Shown piece after piece: positions 9,646 to 18,481 of a stretch of DNA of 64,000 nucleotides (its first letter is position 1; the number at the start of each line of letters is the position of its first letter). The DNA is taken from contig JAKFBU010000041.1 in assembly GCA_036676985.1 (NCBI GenBank), positions 128,001-192,000 of the forward strand, read 5' to 3'. The translations under genes were made by a program, and so were the position numbers. This DNA comes from Candidatus Sericytochromatia bacterium. GTDB lineage: Bacteria; Cyanobacteriota; Sericytochromatia; S15B-MN24; UBA4093. The notes under the pieces are model-generated. The model saw nothing but the letters and a program-made list of their open reading frames with translations. It made no database searches and was not told where the DNA came from.

Positions 9646-10620
9646 ATGGCCAACGTCAACTACGACCGGCTCTCGAAGCTCCCGGCCCTCCAGGGCCTGA
9701 GCCAGGAGGAGATGACCGAGTTCTTCCGGATCGCCACCAAGCACGCCATCAAGCCCGGCGACGCGGTGATCCGCACCGGAGACAAGGCCGACTGCTTCTT
9801 CTTGATCGCGACGGGCCACCTGGAAATCCTGCTGCCGCAGAAGAACCAGCCGCCCACCTCGCTCGCGCAGCTTGGCCCCGGCCAGCTGGTCGGCGAGATG
9901 CCCCTGCTCTACGCGCAGCCCATCCGCCAGGCCGACGTGGTGGCCAACAGCGATGCGGTGCTCTTGCGCTTCAGCTACGCCGACTACGAGGGGCTCGCCC
10001 ACACGCACCCCGAGATCGGCAAGAAGTTTCGCTCCAACCTGGGCAAGATCGTGGCGGGCCGCGTCTGGAGCACCCTGCCGAGCGATCCCGCCGCTGGCTC
10101 CGCCAAGAAGATCGAGGAGCCCAAGGTCAACAAGCCCGCCCAGACGAGCAACCACGAGGCCATGGCCAAGGCCACCATCTTCAACGGGCTCACCGAGGAG
10201 GAGTTCGCGGCGCTGGAGGCGATCGCCATCCCACTCGCGGCCCATCCCGGTCAGCCCATCGTGCGGATGGGCGAGCCTGCGGACTCCTTCTACCTGGTGA
10301 CCAACGGCTACTGCGAGGTGCAGATCCCCAAGGACGGCCAGGCGATGCCAGTCGCGCGCCTCGGCAGCGGCCAGGTGTTCGGCGAGATGGCGCTCGTTTA
10401 CAAGCAGCCCACGCGTACGGCCGACGTGGTGGCCGTGGCCGATGCGAAGCTCTTGAACTTCTCGTTCGAGGACTACAACCGGCTCGTCAAGGGGATGCCC
10501 GAGATTGGCCGCAAGCTGCGCAACAACCTGGGCCGGGTGGCCGCGAGCCGGGCCTGGACCATGCAGAGCGACGAGACCCAGTCCATGCGGCAGCGGTCGG
10601 GGACAGGTCCGCTCAACTAG
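9646..10620 (+). CDS. Protein with two tandem cyclic-nucleotide-binding domains
   Basis: Two homologous repeats containing GEMPLLY..IRQADV and FGEMALVY..TRTADV; no HTH output domain. Confidence 0.9.
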   Translation: MANVNYDRLSKLPALQGLSQEEMTEFFRIATKHAIKPGDAVIRTGDKADCFFLIATGHLEILLPQKNQPPTSLAQLGPGQLVGEMPLLYAQPIRQADVVANSDAVLLRFSYADYEGLAHTHPEIGKKFRSNLGKIVAGRVWSTLPSDPAAGSAKKIEEPKVNKPAQTSNHEAMAKATIFNGLTEEEFAALEAIAIPLAAHPGQPIVRMGEPADSFYLVTNGYCEVQIPKDGQAMPVARLGSGQVFGEMALVYKQPTRTADVVAVADAKLLNFSFEDYNRLVKGMPEIGRKLRNNLGRVAASRAWTMQSDETQSMRQRSGTGPLN

Positions 10621-10634
10621 CGGTTTTCAGTTCG

Positions 10635-10664
10635 AGCGGCAGGCGGGGAGCCTGCCGCTTTTTT
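10635..10664 (+). terminator. Rho-independent terminator
   Basis: AGCGGCAGGC / GCCTGCCGCT stem followed by a T run. Confidence 0.85.
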
Positions 10665-10705
10665 CATGGGGAATTCGGAAACGGGCGGATGGCATGGTTC
10701 TTAGC

Positions 10706-10773
10706 GGAACCGTTTGCCCCTTCGACAGGCTCAGGACAGGCTTTCGACCTGGCTCAAGACAAACGGTTTTTTT
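10706..10773. repeat. REP-like palindromic element, copy 2 (CCCTTCGACAGGCTCAGGACAGG type)
   Basis: GGAACCGTTTG..CAAACGGTTTT outer stem enclosing two TTCGAC..GGCTCA(G/A)GACA units. Confidence 0.65.
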
Positions 10774-10962
10774 GTGGGTCTTACGATGGATACAACACGG
10801 TTCACCACTGCCCCGCTCCCTTTGAAACCCAGTCCATCCAGCCATCCGCAGCGGCCAAATCGGCTGAAACGCTCGCGGCGCGCGCCCGGCGAGCGTTGCG
10901 CGGGGCGGAGTGCGGGAGCTATCTTTACATTCGATAACAATCGAGACAGAGGAGGACTTGGA

Positions 10963-11376
10963 ATGGCTTTGGCTGGGCTGCTGGATCTCGAGGGCTACCA
11001 CGTCGCCCAGGGCAGTGTCGACGCCCGGGGCTGGCCGCTCTACGACGCGCGCGGCGACCTGGTGGGGACCATCGAGGATCTGATCGTCGATACCGAGGCC
11101 ATGGTGGCCCGCTACATGCAGGTCGCCCTGCACGACCTCGCCCGCTCGGTGGTGCTCTCGGTGCCCGAGCTCCAGATCGATGCCCGCCACGAGGTCGTCA
11201 TCTGCCCGCGCGCCAGCAAGGACCAGATCGAGATGCTGCCCTACATCGGCGGCAGCGACCTGAACGAGGGACAGGAGCGCCGCCTGGTCGCCGCCTTCGC
11301 CCCCACCCTCGAGGAGGAGGCGATCCTCGCCTCTCCCACCCGCATCATCATGCGCGTGCAGCGGATCGAGGACTAA
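10963..11376 (+). CDS. PRC-barrel domain protein
   Basis: GGAGG RBS before ATG 10963; DARGWPLYDARGDLVGTIEDLIVD..RYMQV is a typical PRC barrel. Confidence 0.85.
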   Translation: MALAGLLDLEGYHVAQGSVDARGWPLYDARGDLVGTIEDLIVDTEAMVARYMQVALHDLARSVVLSVPELQIDARHEVVICPRASKDQIEMLPYIGGSDLNEGQERRLVAAFAPTLEEEAILASPTRIIMRVQRIED

Positions 11377-11402
11377 AAAACCGCCCGGGAAAGCCCGGGC
11401 GG
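11375..11402 (-). terminator. Rho-independent terminator between convergent genes
   Basis: CCGCCCGGG / CCCGGGCGG stem with A6 on the plus strand. Confidence 0.8.
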
Positions 11403-11430
11403 CGAGTGTGGGTCAGGTTGGAGTGGTGGG

Positions 11431-11823
11431 TTAGCGGCTCTTCTTGGGAAGCTGCGACATCCAGTCGCTGCCGAGGTTCGTGAAGAACGAGTGCGCATCG
11501 AGCACCTCGTCCTGCGAGATGGGGGGCATCCCGGCGAACTTCTCCTCTTCGCGGCGCGACGAGAAGATGCCGCGGACGCGAGCCGTGCCGGCCGCCGCCT
11601 CACGGGTCGACGCCTCGGCCGGAGCCGTCACGTCGCTCGACTCGTACTCGACGCCGACGATCGCGACGCCTGCGGGCTGGTTGCACGCGGTGCAGTGCAC
11701 GCGGACGACCCAGTAATCCTTCTCCTCGCGAAGCAGCTTCACGCCTTCAGGCGTGAAGGCCTCGTTGCAATGCGCACAGCGCAACTTGCGGAAGTGCTCT
11801 TGAACCACCGAAAAGTTTTTCAT
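11431..11823 (-). CDS. Hypothetical zinc-ribbon protein
   Basis: CAHC..CTAC motifs; C-terminal PPISQDEVLDAH; start at ATG 11823 after GGAG. Confidence 0.7.
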   Translation of the reverse strand: MKNFSVVQEHFRKLRCAHCNEAFTPEGVKLLREEKDYWVVRVHCTACNQPAGVAIVGVEYESSDVTAPAEASTREAAAGTARVRGIFSSRREEEKFAGMPPISQDEVLDAHSFFTNLGSDWMSQLPKKSR

Positions 11824-11935
11824 CCCCCACACTCCAATCCTGTTAAAACGGCCATTACAGCGGTTACGGCGTTCTGAGGCTTCTATACCCTTGGGGGCGC
11901 GAAAATTATCACCGATATCAGTTTGTTGACACTGT

Positions 11936-12655
11936 TTAACATAATGGCTTGGCCGACGGCTGACCCGCACGGCGCGGGTATCCCTTGGGGGTCGGCCCCA
12001 CTTTTTCGACCACCACCAGGGCCCGTTCGCCGAAGCCTTCCGGCAGCGCAAATCGCTCGATCTCCCGGATCGATCCGCCCAGGACCTTGAGCGCCTTTTG
12101 GGCTCCGGCCACCTCCGCGTCCACGTTGGCGCCCTTCATCGCGATGAAGCGCCCTCCGGGCTTCAAGAAGGGCAAGCACAGCTCGCTGAGCACGTTCAGC
12201 TCCGCCACCGCCCGCGCGAACACCAGATCGTAGGCCCCGCGGTGCGCCGGATCCTGGCCGAACTCCTCCGCGCGACCGTGCAGGGCCGTCCCGCTCAGCC
12301 CGAGCGCCTGGATCGCCTCGTTCATGAAGTCGACCTTCTTGCGCGTCGCCTCGAGCATGGTGCCCGACCAGTGACGCTGCATCACCAGCAGGGGCAACCC
12401 CGGGAAGCCGGGCCCGGCGCCCACGTCGATGAAGCGGAAGGGAGCCTGGCGGTCCGGAACGGCGCGCAGCACGGAGATCGAGTCGAGGAAGTGCTTGACG
12501 ACCGCCTCGCGTTCGTCGGTGATGCGCGTGAGGTTGGCGCGGCGGTTGCCTTCCAGCAGGAGATCGTAGAGCCGCCGGAAACCGTCCAGCGTCGCGGGAT
12601 CGACCGGGATCCCCCAGTCGGAGGCGTGGTGGGACAAGAGTTGCCAGGGGTCCAT
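11936..12655 (-). CDS. rsmG: 16S rRNA m7G527 methyltransferase
   Basis: NLTRI..KHFLDS, DVGAGPGFPGLPL, RAEE, ARAVA, TPKGYPRRAG motifs. Confidence 0.95.
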   Translation of the reverse strand: MDPWQLLSHHASDWGIPVDPATLDGFRRLYDLLLEGNRRANLTRITDEREAVVKHFLDSISVLRAVPDRQAPFRFIDVGAGPGFPGLPLLVMQRHWSGTMLEATRKKVDFMNEAIQALGLSGTALHGRAEEFGQDPAHRGAYDLVFARAVAELNVLSELCLPFLKPGGRFIAMKGANVDAEVAGAQKALKVLGGSIREIERFALPEGFGERALVVVEKVGPTPKGYPRRAGQPSAKPLC

Positions 12656-12738
12656 GGCGGCGCATCCTCTCGGGACAAAGCAAGCGGGCGTCACATGTTA
12701 GCATGCACGACCGGCCGCTTTTGCGCTAGAATGGGCCC

Positions 12739-13320
12739 ATGCAGGCATTCATCCCTTCACGCTGGGTCGTCGTGGACCTCGAGACGACGGGCATGTCCCC
12801 CCTCAAGGGCGACCGCATCGTCGAGATCGGGGCGGTCGCCGTGGAGAACGGCGCCATCACCGAAGAGTTCAGCACCCTGGTCGATCCCGAACGGCTCATC
12901 CCGTACTTCGTGCAGCGGGTGCACGGGATCTCCGACGCCATGGTCATGGGCAAGCCCGTCTTCGCCGACGTGCTGCCGTCGTTCCTGCGGTTCTGCGGGG
13001 ACTCGGTGCTGGTCTCGCACAACGCCAACTTCGACCGGGGCTTTCTCGATCACCAGGCCATGGAGGTCATGCACACGCCCCTGCCGCATGCGCACGTGGA
13101 CACCCTGCGGGTCTCGCGGATCCTCCTGCCCAAGCTCGGCAAGCACAACCTGGATGCCCTGACCAACCACTTCGCGGTGCGGATCCCGCCCAGCCAGCGC
13201 CACCGGGCGCTGGGCGACGCGCGGGCCACCGCCGAGGTCTGGCTCAAGATGCTGACCATGGCCATGCAAGAAGGCAAGTCCATCAGCAAGGGCTTCATCC
13301 GTCAGGTGGCCGTCAACTAA
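12739..13320 (+). CDS. DnaQ-like DEDDh 3'-5' exonuclease
   Basis: VVDLETTG, HNANFD, HRALGDA. Confidence 0.92.
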   Translation: MQAFIPSRWVVVDLETTGMSPLKGDRIVEIGAVAVENGAITEEFSTLVDPERLIPYFVQRVHGISDAMVMGKPVFADVLPSFLRFCGDSVLVSHNANFDRGFLDHQAMEVMHTPLPHAHVDTLRVSRILLPKLGKHNLDALTNHFAVRIPPSQRHRALGDARATAEVWLKMLTMAMQEGKSISKGFIRQVAVN

Positions 13321-13384
13321 GCACCGGCGCTCCCGGGCCACGCGCATTTGACGCCCTTGCGCGCTTCCATTAACCTGGACCGTT

Positions 13385-14140
13385 ATGAACGCATCGATTT
13401 CGTTGCCCACGGCCTTCCTGGCGGGGCTCATCTCCTTCATCTCGCCCTGCGTCCTGCCGCTGGTGCCGGGCTACCTGTCCTTCATCTCCGGCGTCTCGAG
13501 CGAGGAGATGCGCACCGGCGCGAGCGCCGAGATGCGCCGCAAGGTGATGCTCAACTCCCTGGGCTTCATCCTGGGCTTCTCGATCGTCTTCATCGCCCTC
13601 GGCGCGACGGCGACCTTCATCGGCTCCTTCCTGACCGAGCAACTCCCGCTCTTGAGCAAGATCGCAGGCGTCATCATCGTCCTGTTCGGCCTTCACACCA
13701 TGGGCCTCTTCAAGATCAAGGCGCTCTACATGGAGAAGCGCTTCCAGGTCGGAAACAAGCCGGCGGGCTTCCTCGGCTCGGTGGTGGTGGGCCTCGCCTT
13801 CGCCTTCGGCTGGACGCCGTGCATCGGCCCCATCCTGGCCGGGATCCTCACCTACGCCAGCCAGCAGGAGACCCTGGGCCAGGGCATGGCCCTGCTCGTC
13901 GCCTACTCGCTGGGCCTGGGCGTGCCCTTCTTCGCGACGGCCGTCGCCATCAACGGCTTCTTTGCCCTCTTCAACCGCATCAAGCGCCACATGCGCGCCG
14001 TCGAGATCGTGAGCGGCCTCTTGCTGGTGGCCGTGGGCGTCCTCATCTACACCAACAACCTCGCGCTCCTGGCCAACGCCCTCCAGAGCTCGCAGGCGGG
14101 CCAGAGCCTGCTCGAGATCGAGCAGAAGCTCGGGAAATAG
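13385..14140 (+). CDS. ccdA: Cytochrome c biogenesis protein CcdA
   Basis: SFISPCVLPLVPGY and FGWTPCIGPIL motifs; multiple TM helices. Confidence 0.93.
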   Translation: MNASISLPTAFLAGLISFISPCVLPLVPGYLSFISGVSSEEMRTGASAEMRRKVMLNSLGFILGFSIVFIALGATATFIGSFLTEQLPLLSKIAGVIIVLFGLHTMGLFKIKALYMEKRFQVGNKPAGFLGSVVVGLAFAFGWTPCIGPILAGILTYASQQETLGQGMALLVAYSLGLGVPFFATAVAINGFFALFNRIKRHMRAVEIVSGLLLVAVGVLIYTNNLALLANALQSSQAGQSLLEIEQKLGK

Positions 14141-14142
14141 GC

Positions 14143-14586
14143 ATGGCCGCCCCGCTGACGCTCGACCTGTTTCCCGGCACCGACCCGCAGCTGCGCGATG
14201 CCCTCCAGGTGCGCGAGGCGGTCTTCGTGCAGGAGCAGGGCGTGCCCATCGAGGAAGAGATCGACGACTACGACGGCGTCGCATGGCATGTGATCGCGCG
14301 GGTGGACGACGCCCCCGTGGCCACGGCCCGCCTGGTCAGCATGGATGCCGACCGGGTCAAGATCGGCCGGGTGGCGACCCTTCCCGACTACCGGGGCCAG
14401 GGCATCGCCACCAAGCTCGTGAAGCTGCTCATGGAGTACGCCCGGCGCGAAGGCTTCAGCGAGGCCGTCTTGGACAGCCAGCTTGCGGCCATGCCCCTGT
14501 ACGAGAAGCTCGGCTTCGTGGCCGGCGGCGAGGTCTTTCTGGACGCCGGCATCCTGCACCGCCGGATGACCCGCAAACTGGCCTAG
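14143..14586 (+). CDS. GNAT acetyltransferase (ElaA/YjcF-like)
   Basis: VREAVFVQEQGVP, IGRVA..YRGQGIA, LYEKLGF, DAGILH. Confidence 0.88.
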   Translation: MAAPLTLDLFPGTDPQLRDALQVREAVFVQEQGVPIEEEIDDYDGVAWHVIARVDDAPVATARLVSMDADRVKIGRVATLPDYRGQGIATKLVKLLMEYARREGFSEAVLDSQLAAMPLYEKLGFVAGGEVFLDAGILHRRMTRKLA

Positions 14587-15177
14587 ATGTCGTATGACTG
14601 GGTCGCGGCCCTCTACGACCCCCTGATCCGTCCGCTCGAAGCCCGTCACCTCGCGCCCTGGCGCCGCGAACTGATGCGCCACGTCCACGGCGAGGTGCTG
14701 GAGGTGGGCGTCGGCACCGGGGCGAACCTCGGACTCTACCCTCCAGACGTTCGCTTGACGGGCATCGAGCCGAGCGCCGGCATGCTGGAGCGCGCCCGCC
14801 ATAAGGCCCACTCGCTAAACCTCGCCGTCGATCTGCGCCAGGAGGGCGTCGAAGGCCTCGATCTCCCGTCCGATCGTTTTGACACCGTCGTGAGCACGCT
14901 GGTATTCTGCGCGGTGCGCGATCCCCTCCTGGGCCTCCAGGAGGTGCGGCGGGTCCTCAAGCCGGGCGGCACGCTCGTCATGCTGGAGCACACCCGCTCG
15001 TGCCGAGCCTGCCTCGACCTGCTCTTGAAGGCCATGACGCCCGTGACGGCGGCCCTCTTCGGGGAGCACTTCGACCGGGACACGGCCAGGACCGTCCAGA
15101 CAGCAGGCTTCTCGTTGCAGGAGAACCGCCTGCTGGGACTTCAGATCTTCCACCTGATTCGCGCCACCAAGCCCTGA
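14587..15177 (+). CDS. Class I SAM-dependent methyltransferase
   Basis: VLEVGVGTG, FDTVVSTLVFC, RRVLKPGG..LEH. Confidence 0.9.
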   Translation: MSYDWVAALYDPLIRPLEARHLAPWRRELMRHVHGEVLEVGVGTGANLGLYPPDVRLTGIEPSAGMLERARHKAHSLNLAVDLRQEGVEGLDLPSDRFDTVVSTLVFCAVRDPLLGLQEVRRVLKPGGTLVMLEHTRSCRACLDLLLKAMTPVTAALFGEHFDRDTARTVQTAGFSLQENRLLGLQIFHLIRATKP

Positions 15178-15341
15178 CGCCACGGGCCGCCTCGCGGCCC
15201 AGCGTTCGGCCGACCGCTGGAAGCCCCCTCACTCGATCGAGCGGGAGGCGGCTCCAAAACGTTGCTCACTAGCAGCCACTGTGTTAAGCTTGCCTTATGA
15301 GCTTAACCTGATATTAACGGTACCCCCGGAAAGGATGGCGC

Positions 15342-16556
15342 GTGCTCAATCTTCGCAAACCCACCGCGGCACTTCTCGGCCTCACCCTCTCGATCGCGGC
15401 CCTGTCGGGCTGCGGCCTCGACAACCGGATGCTCTCCGACCGCAACCCCAAGGTAGCGGCGCTCGGCATCGCGGACCGCACCCAGGTGCAGATCAAGTTC
15501 AAGGACAAGGCCGAGCTCGATGCGGTCGCCGCCTCGGGCGTGGACCTGTTCGAGAACGTCGACATGGAGGCCCGGACGGTCGATGCGACCGTGACCAAGC
15601 AGACCGAGGCCACGCTCAAGCGCATGGGCGTGACGTACGTCGTCACGCAGAAGCTCTCGGCCATGGCCTTTCCGGCCGGCTACATGACCGTCGAGAACGT
15701 CATGGCGGACATGCAGTCGATCGCGACGCAGCACCCGGCGGTCGCGCGCCTGGTGACCATCGGCAAGTCCCTCGAGGGCCGGCCCATCGTCGCCCTGCGG
15801 ATCACCTCCAAGCTCGACCAGACGCTGCCGTCGGTGCTCCTCACCTCGGGCCAGCATGCCCGCGAGCTGCCGCCCGTCCAGATCACGACCCGCTTCGCGC
15901 ACCACCTGGTCGAGAACTACGGCAAGGACCCCGCCATCACCAAGCTCGTCGACACCCGCGACCTGTGGATCGTGCCCCTGGTGAACCCCGACGGCCGCAC
16001 GCACGTCGAGAAGAGCGACGGCATGTGGCGCAAGAACCGCCGCGACAACGGCGACGGCTCGCGCGGCGTGGACACCAACCGCAACGCCGACGACCACTGG
16101 TCGCAGGGCGAGCGGAACAGCAGCTCGGACGCCTACCGTGGCAGCGCTCCCTTCTCGGAGCCCGAGACGCAGGCGCTGCGTGACCTGGCCAACCAGCAGA
16201 AGTTCAAGATCGCGCTCGACATGCACTGCTACGGCGGCATGATCCTGTGGCCGCCCGGCTACAGCAACGGGCTCACCAAGGACGACGCGGCCTTCCGTAA
16301 GATCGGCACGGCCATGGCCCAGCCCATCGGCTACAAGGCGGGCACGATCGCGCAGACCATCTACAAGGCCTACGGCGACCTGGCCAACTGGATGTACGCG
16401 ACGCACGGCACGCTCGCCTACGGCATCGAGCTCAACGACGGCCGCTTCAACCCGCCGGCCACCCAGGTGGAGAAGGACTGGAAGGACTGGAAGGACAACC
16501 TCCTCTACGTCCTCGACGCGGCGGGCAACCCCCAGGCGACGCGCCCGCAGAGCTAG
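15342..16556 (+). CDS. M14 zinc carboxypeptidase (carboxypeptidase T-like), lipoprotein
   Basis: Lipobox LSGC; HARE, VNPDG, WRKNRR, GVDTNRN, YRGSAPFSEPET, DMHCY. Confidence 0.92.
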   Translation: MLNLRKPTAALLGLTLSIAALSGCGLDNRMLSDRNPKVAALGIADRTQVQIKFKDKAELDAVAASGVDLFENVDMEARTVDATVTKQTEATLKRMGVTYVVTQKLSAMAFPAGYMTVENVMADMQSIATQHPAVARLVTIGKSLEGRPIVALRITSKLDQTLPSVLLTSGQHARELPPVQITTRFAHHLVENYGKDPAITKLVDTRDLWIVPLVNPDGRTHVEKSDGMWRKNRRDNGDGSRGVDTNRNADDHWSQGERNSSSDAYRGSAPFSEPETQALRDLANQQKFKIALDMHCYGGMILWPPGYSNGLTKDDAAFRKIGTAMAQPIGYKAGTIAQTIYKAYGDLANWMYATHGTLAYGIELNDGRFNPPATQVEKDWKDWKDNLLYVLDAAGNPQATRPQS

Positions 16557-16620
16557 ACATCGGGAGGATTTCCGCGCCTCTAGCCGACGCTTGATATTCG
16601 GAGCCAAACAGGCTTCCATG

Positions 16621-16650
16621 ACCGGAGGGCCCGCCTGGGCCCTCCGGTTT
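16621..16650 (+). terminator. Putative terminator hairpin
   Basis: ACCGGAGGGCCC / GGGCCCTCCGGT stem with short T tail. Confidence 0.55.
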
Positions 16651-16665
16651 CTGCGAGGTGCGGCC

Positions 16666-18471
16666 ATGCGACGCGGATGGGTCCTCCCCCTGGCCATGCT
16701 GCTGGGCGCATGCGACGACGTGCGCCCTCCCGTCACGCCCACCCGGCCCCCGACGCTGACGTTCGCGGAGGTGCCGGCCGGCCCGGACGAGCTGGAGGCG
16801 AGCCTCACGCTCGGCCTGGTCGACCGGGGCGTCACCACCCAGACCCTGCCCGCCGCCTGGAATGCCGTGAGCGTGCGACTGGATCACGCGACGGCCCTCA
16901 GCCAGGTCATCGAGCGCACGCTCCTCAAGGACACGGATCTGCTGGCCAACGGCACGGGGGGCTACGTGGCGTCCGGTGCGTTCGGCAGCCGCCTGCGCCC
17001 GGCAAGCAACTACGTCCTGACGGCCTCTCTCTGGAACGGGGGAGGCGGCGGTACGCTCGTCGGCGAAAAGCGTCGCTCCGTCGACCTGGTGGCAGGGAAC
17101 AACGCCGTCGTCCTGTCCATCGAGACCTATCCGGCGCTCGGTCTTGCGAGCTTCGCGCCGTCCTCCGGGCAGCAGGGGGACACCGTGACGCTCGCGGGGC
17201 AGGGCTTCAGCGTCGTTCCGGGTCTCGATCAGGTCACGCTCGGCGGCACGGCCGCAGTCGTCACGAGCGCGTCGAGCGTCTCGCTGTCCGTGACGACGCC
17301 GGACCTGGGCCCCGGCAGCTACTCCTGGCAGGTGCAGGTCGGCTCCTCGCTCGCGGCACGAGCCGGCTTCTCGATCCTCGGCACCATCGGCACGCGCCTG
17401 CCCTGGGTGGTGCGAAGCCAGCAAGAGGTGGATCCGGCCCTCGCGCTGGGCCCGAACGAGTACTTCGGCGTCTGGTCGGACCTCCAGGGCGGCGGCAAGC
17501 TCGCCATCTACGGCGGGCGGTTCAACCTGTCAGGGACCCTCGTGGGGTCGATCGCCATGGTCGGGAGCAACAGCCAGGTCGAGTCGGAGCCCTGTATCGG
17601 CTACAACCCGACCGACAACCAGTACCTGGTCGCATGGAACGAGTCCAACGGCGGCAACCGCACGCGCGCCCGTCTCGTGAACGGTGCAGGAACCCTCGTC
17701 TCGGGCATCCTGGACCTGGTCCTCGACGACTCGGCCTTGCCCCAGGTGGGCTACTCGTCCACCAACAACCGCTACCTGGTGGTCTGGGGGGACAGCAGGA
17801 ACGCCACGACCGACCTCTACGGGCAGCTGGTGGCGCCCGACGGCACCCTGGCAGGCGGCAACCTCGCGCTGGCCAGCGGCGCGGGCGATCAAGAACGGCC
17901 GGCGATCGCCTACTCCTCGAGCGCTCAGCAGTACCTGCTGGTCTGGGAGGACCACCCCAGCACGGGCGTCGCCAAGATCCGCGGGCGCCTCGTCAACCCG
18001 GAAGGGACCCTGGGGACGGGGCCCTTCGACATCGGCACGGGCACCTCCGACCAGCTGGAGGCCACGGTGGCCTACGACGGCGTGTCGGGCGACTTCATGG
18101 TCGCCTGGCGGAGCGCCCAGAGCCCCCACACCATCCGTGCGCAGCGCGTGAGCGCTACAGGCTCCCTGGTAGGCGGCGCCGTCACGCTCAGCAACGTCAG
18201 CGGCAACAAGTCCTTGCCCCGCATCGCCTACGAGCCCTGGCGCCAGAAGTTCGTGGTGGTCTGGGGCGATCTGCGGGGCGCCAACCTGGACGTGTACGGC
18301 CAGTACGTCGCCCCCGACGGCTCGCTCTGGGGCGGCAACTTCCTGGTCGCCGGCGGAGCGGGCAACCAATCGGTGCCCGACGTGGCCGCCTCTGTCACCC
18401 AGCAGAGCGGCATGGTCGTCCTCGAGGACAGCGCCAACAGCGGTGACATCTACGCTCAGCAGATCCGCTGA
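16666..18471 (+). CDS. Lipoprotein with IPT/TIG domain and beta-propeller-like repeats
   Basis: Lipobox LGAC; FAPSSGQQGDTVTLAGQGF (TIG); about six repeats of P.IAY....YLVVW.D....IYGQLV. Confidence 0.75.
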   Translation: MRRGWVLPLAMLLGACDDVRPPVTPTRPPTLTFAEVPAGPDELEASLTLGLVDRGVTTQTLPAAWNAVSVRLDHATALSQVIERTLLKDTDLLANGTGGYVASGAFGSRLRPASNYVLTASLWNGGGGGTLVGEKRRSVDLVAGNNAVVLSIETYPALGLASFAPSSGQQGDTVTLAGQGFSVVPGLDQVTLGGTAAVVTSASSVSLSVTTPDLGPGSYSWQVQVGSSLAARAGFSILGTIGTRLPWVVRSQQEVDPALALGPNEYFGVWSDLQGGGKLAIYGGRFNLSGTLVGSIAMVGSNSQVESEPCIGYNPTDNQYLVAWNESNGGNRTRARLVNGAGTLVSGILDLVLDDSALPQVGYSSTNNRYLVVWGDSRNATTDLYGQLVAPDGTLAGGNLALASGAGDQERPAIAYSSSAQQYLLVWEDHPSTGVAKIRGRLVNPEGTLGTGPFDIGTGTSDQLEATVAYDGVSGDFMVAWRSAQSPHTIRAQRVSATGSLVGGAVTLSNVSGNKSLPRIAYEPWRQKFVVVWGDLRGANLDVYGQYVAPDGSLWGGNFLVAGGAGNQSVPDVAASVTQQSGMVVLEDSANSGDIYAQQIR

Positions 18472-18481
18472 CCCGCGGGGA

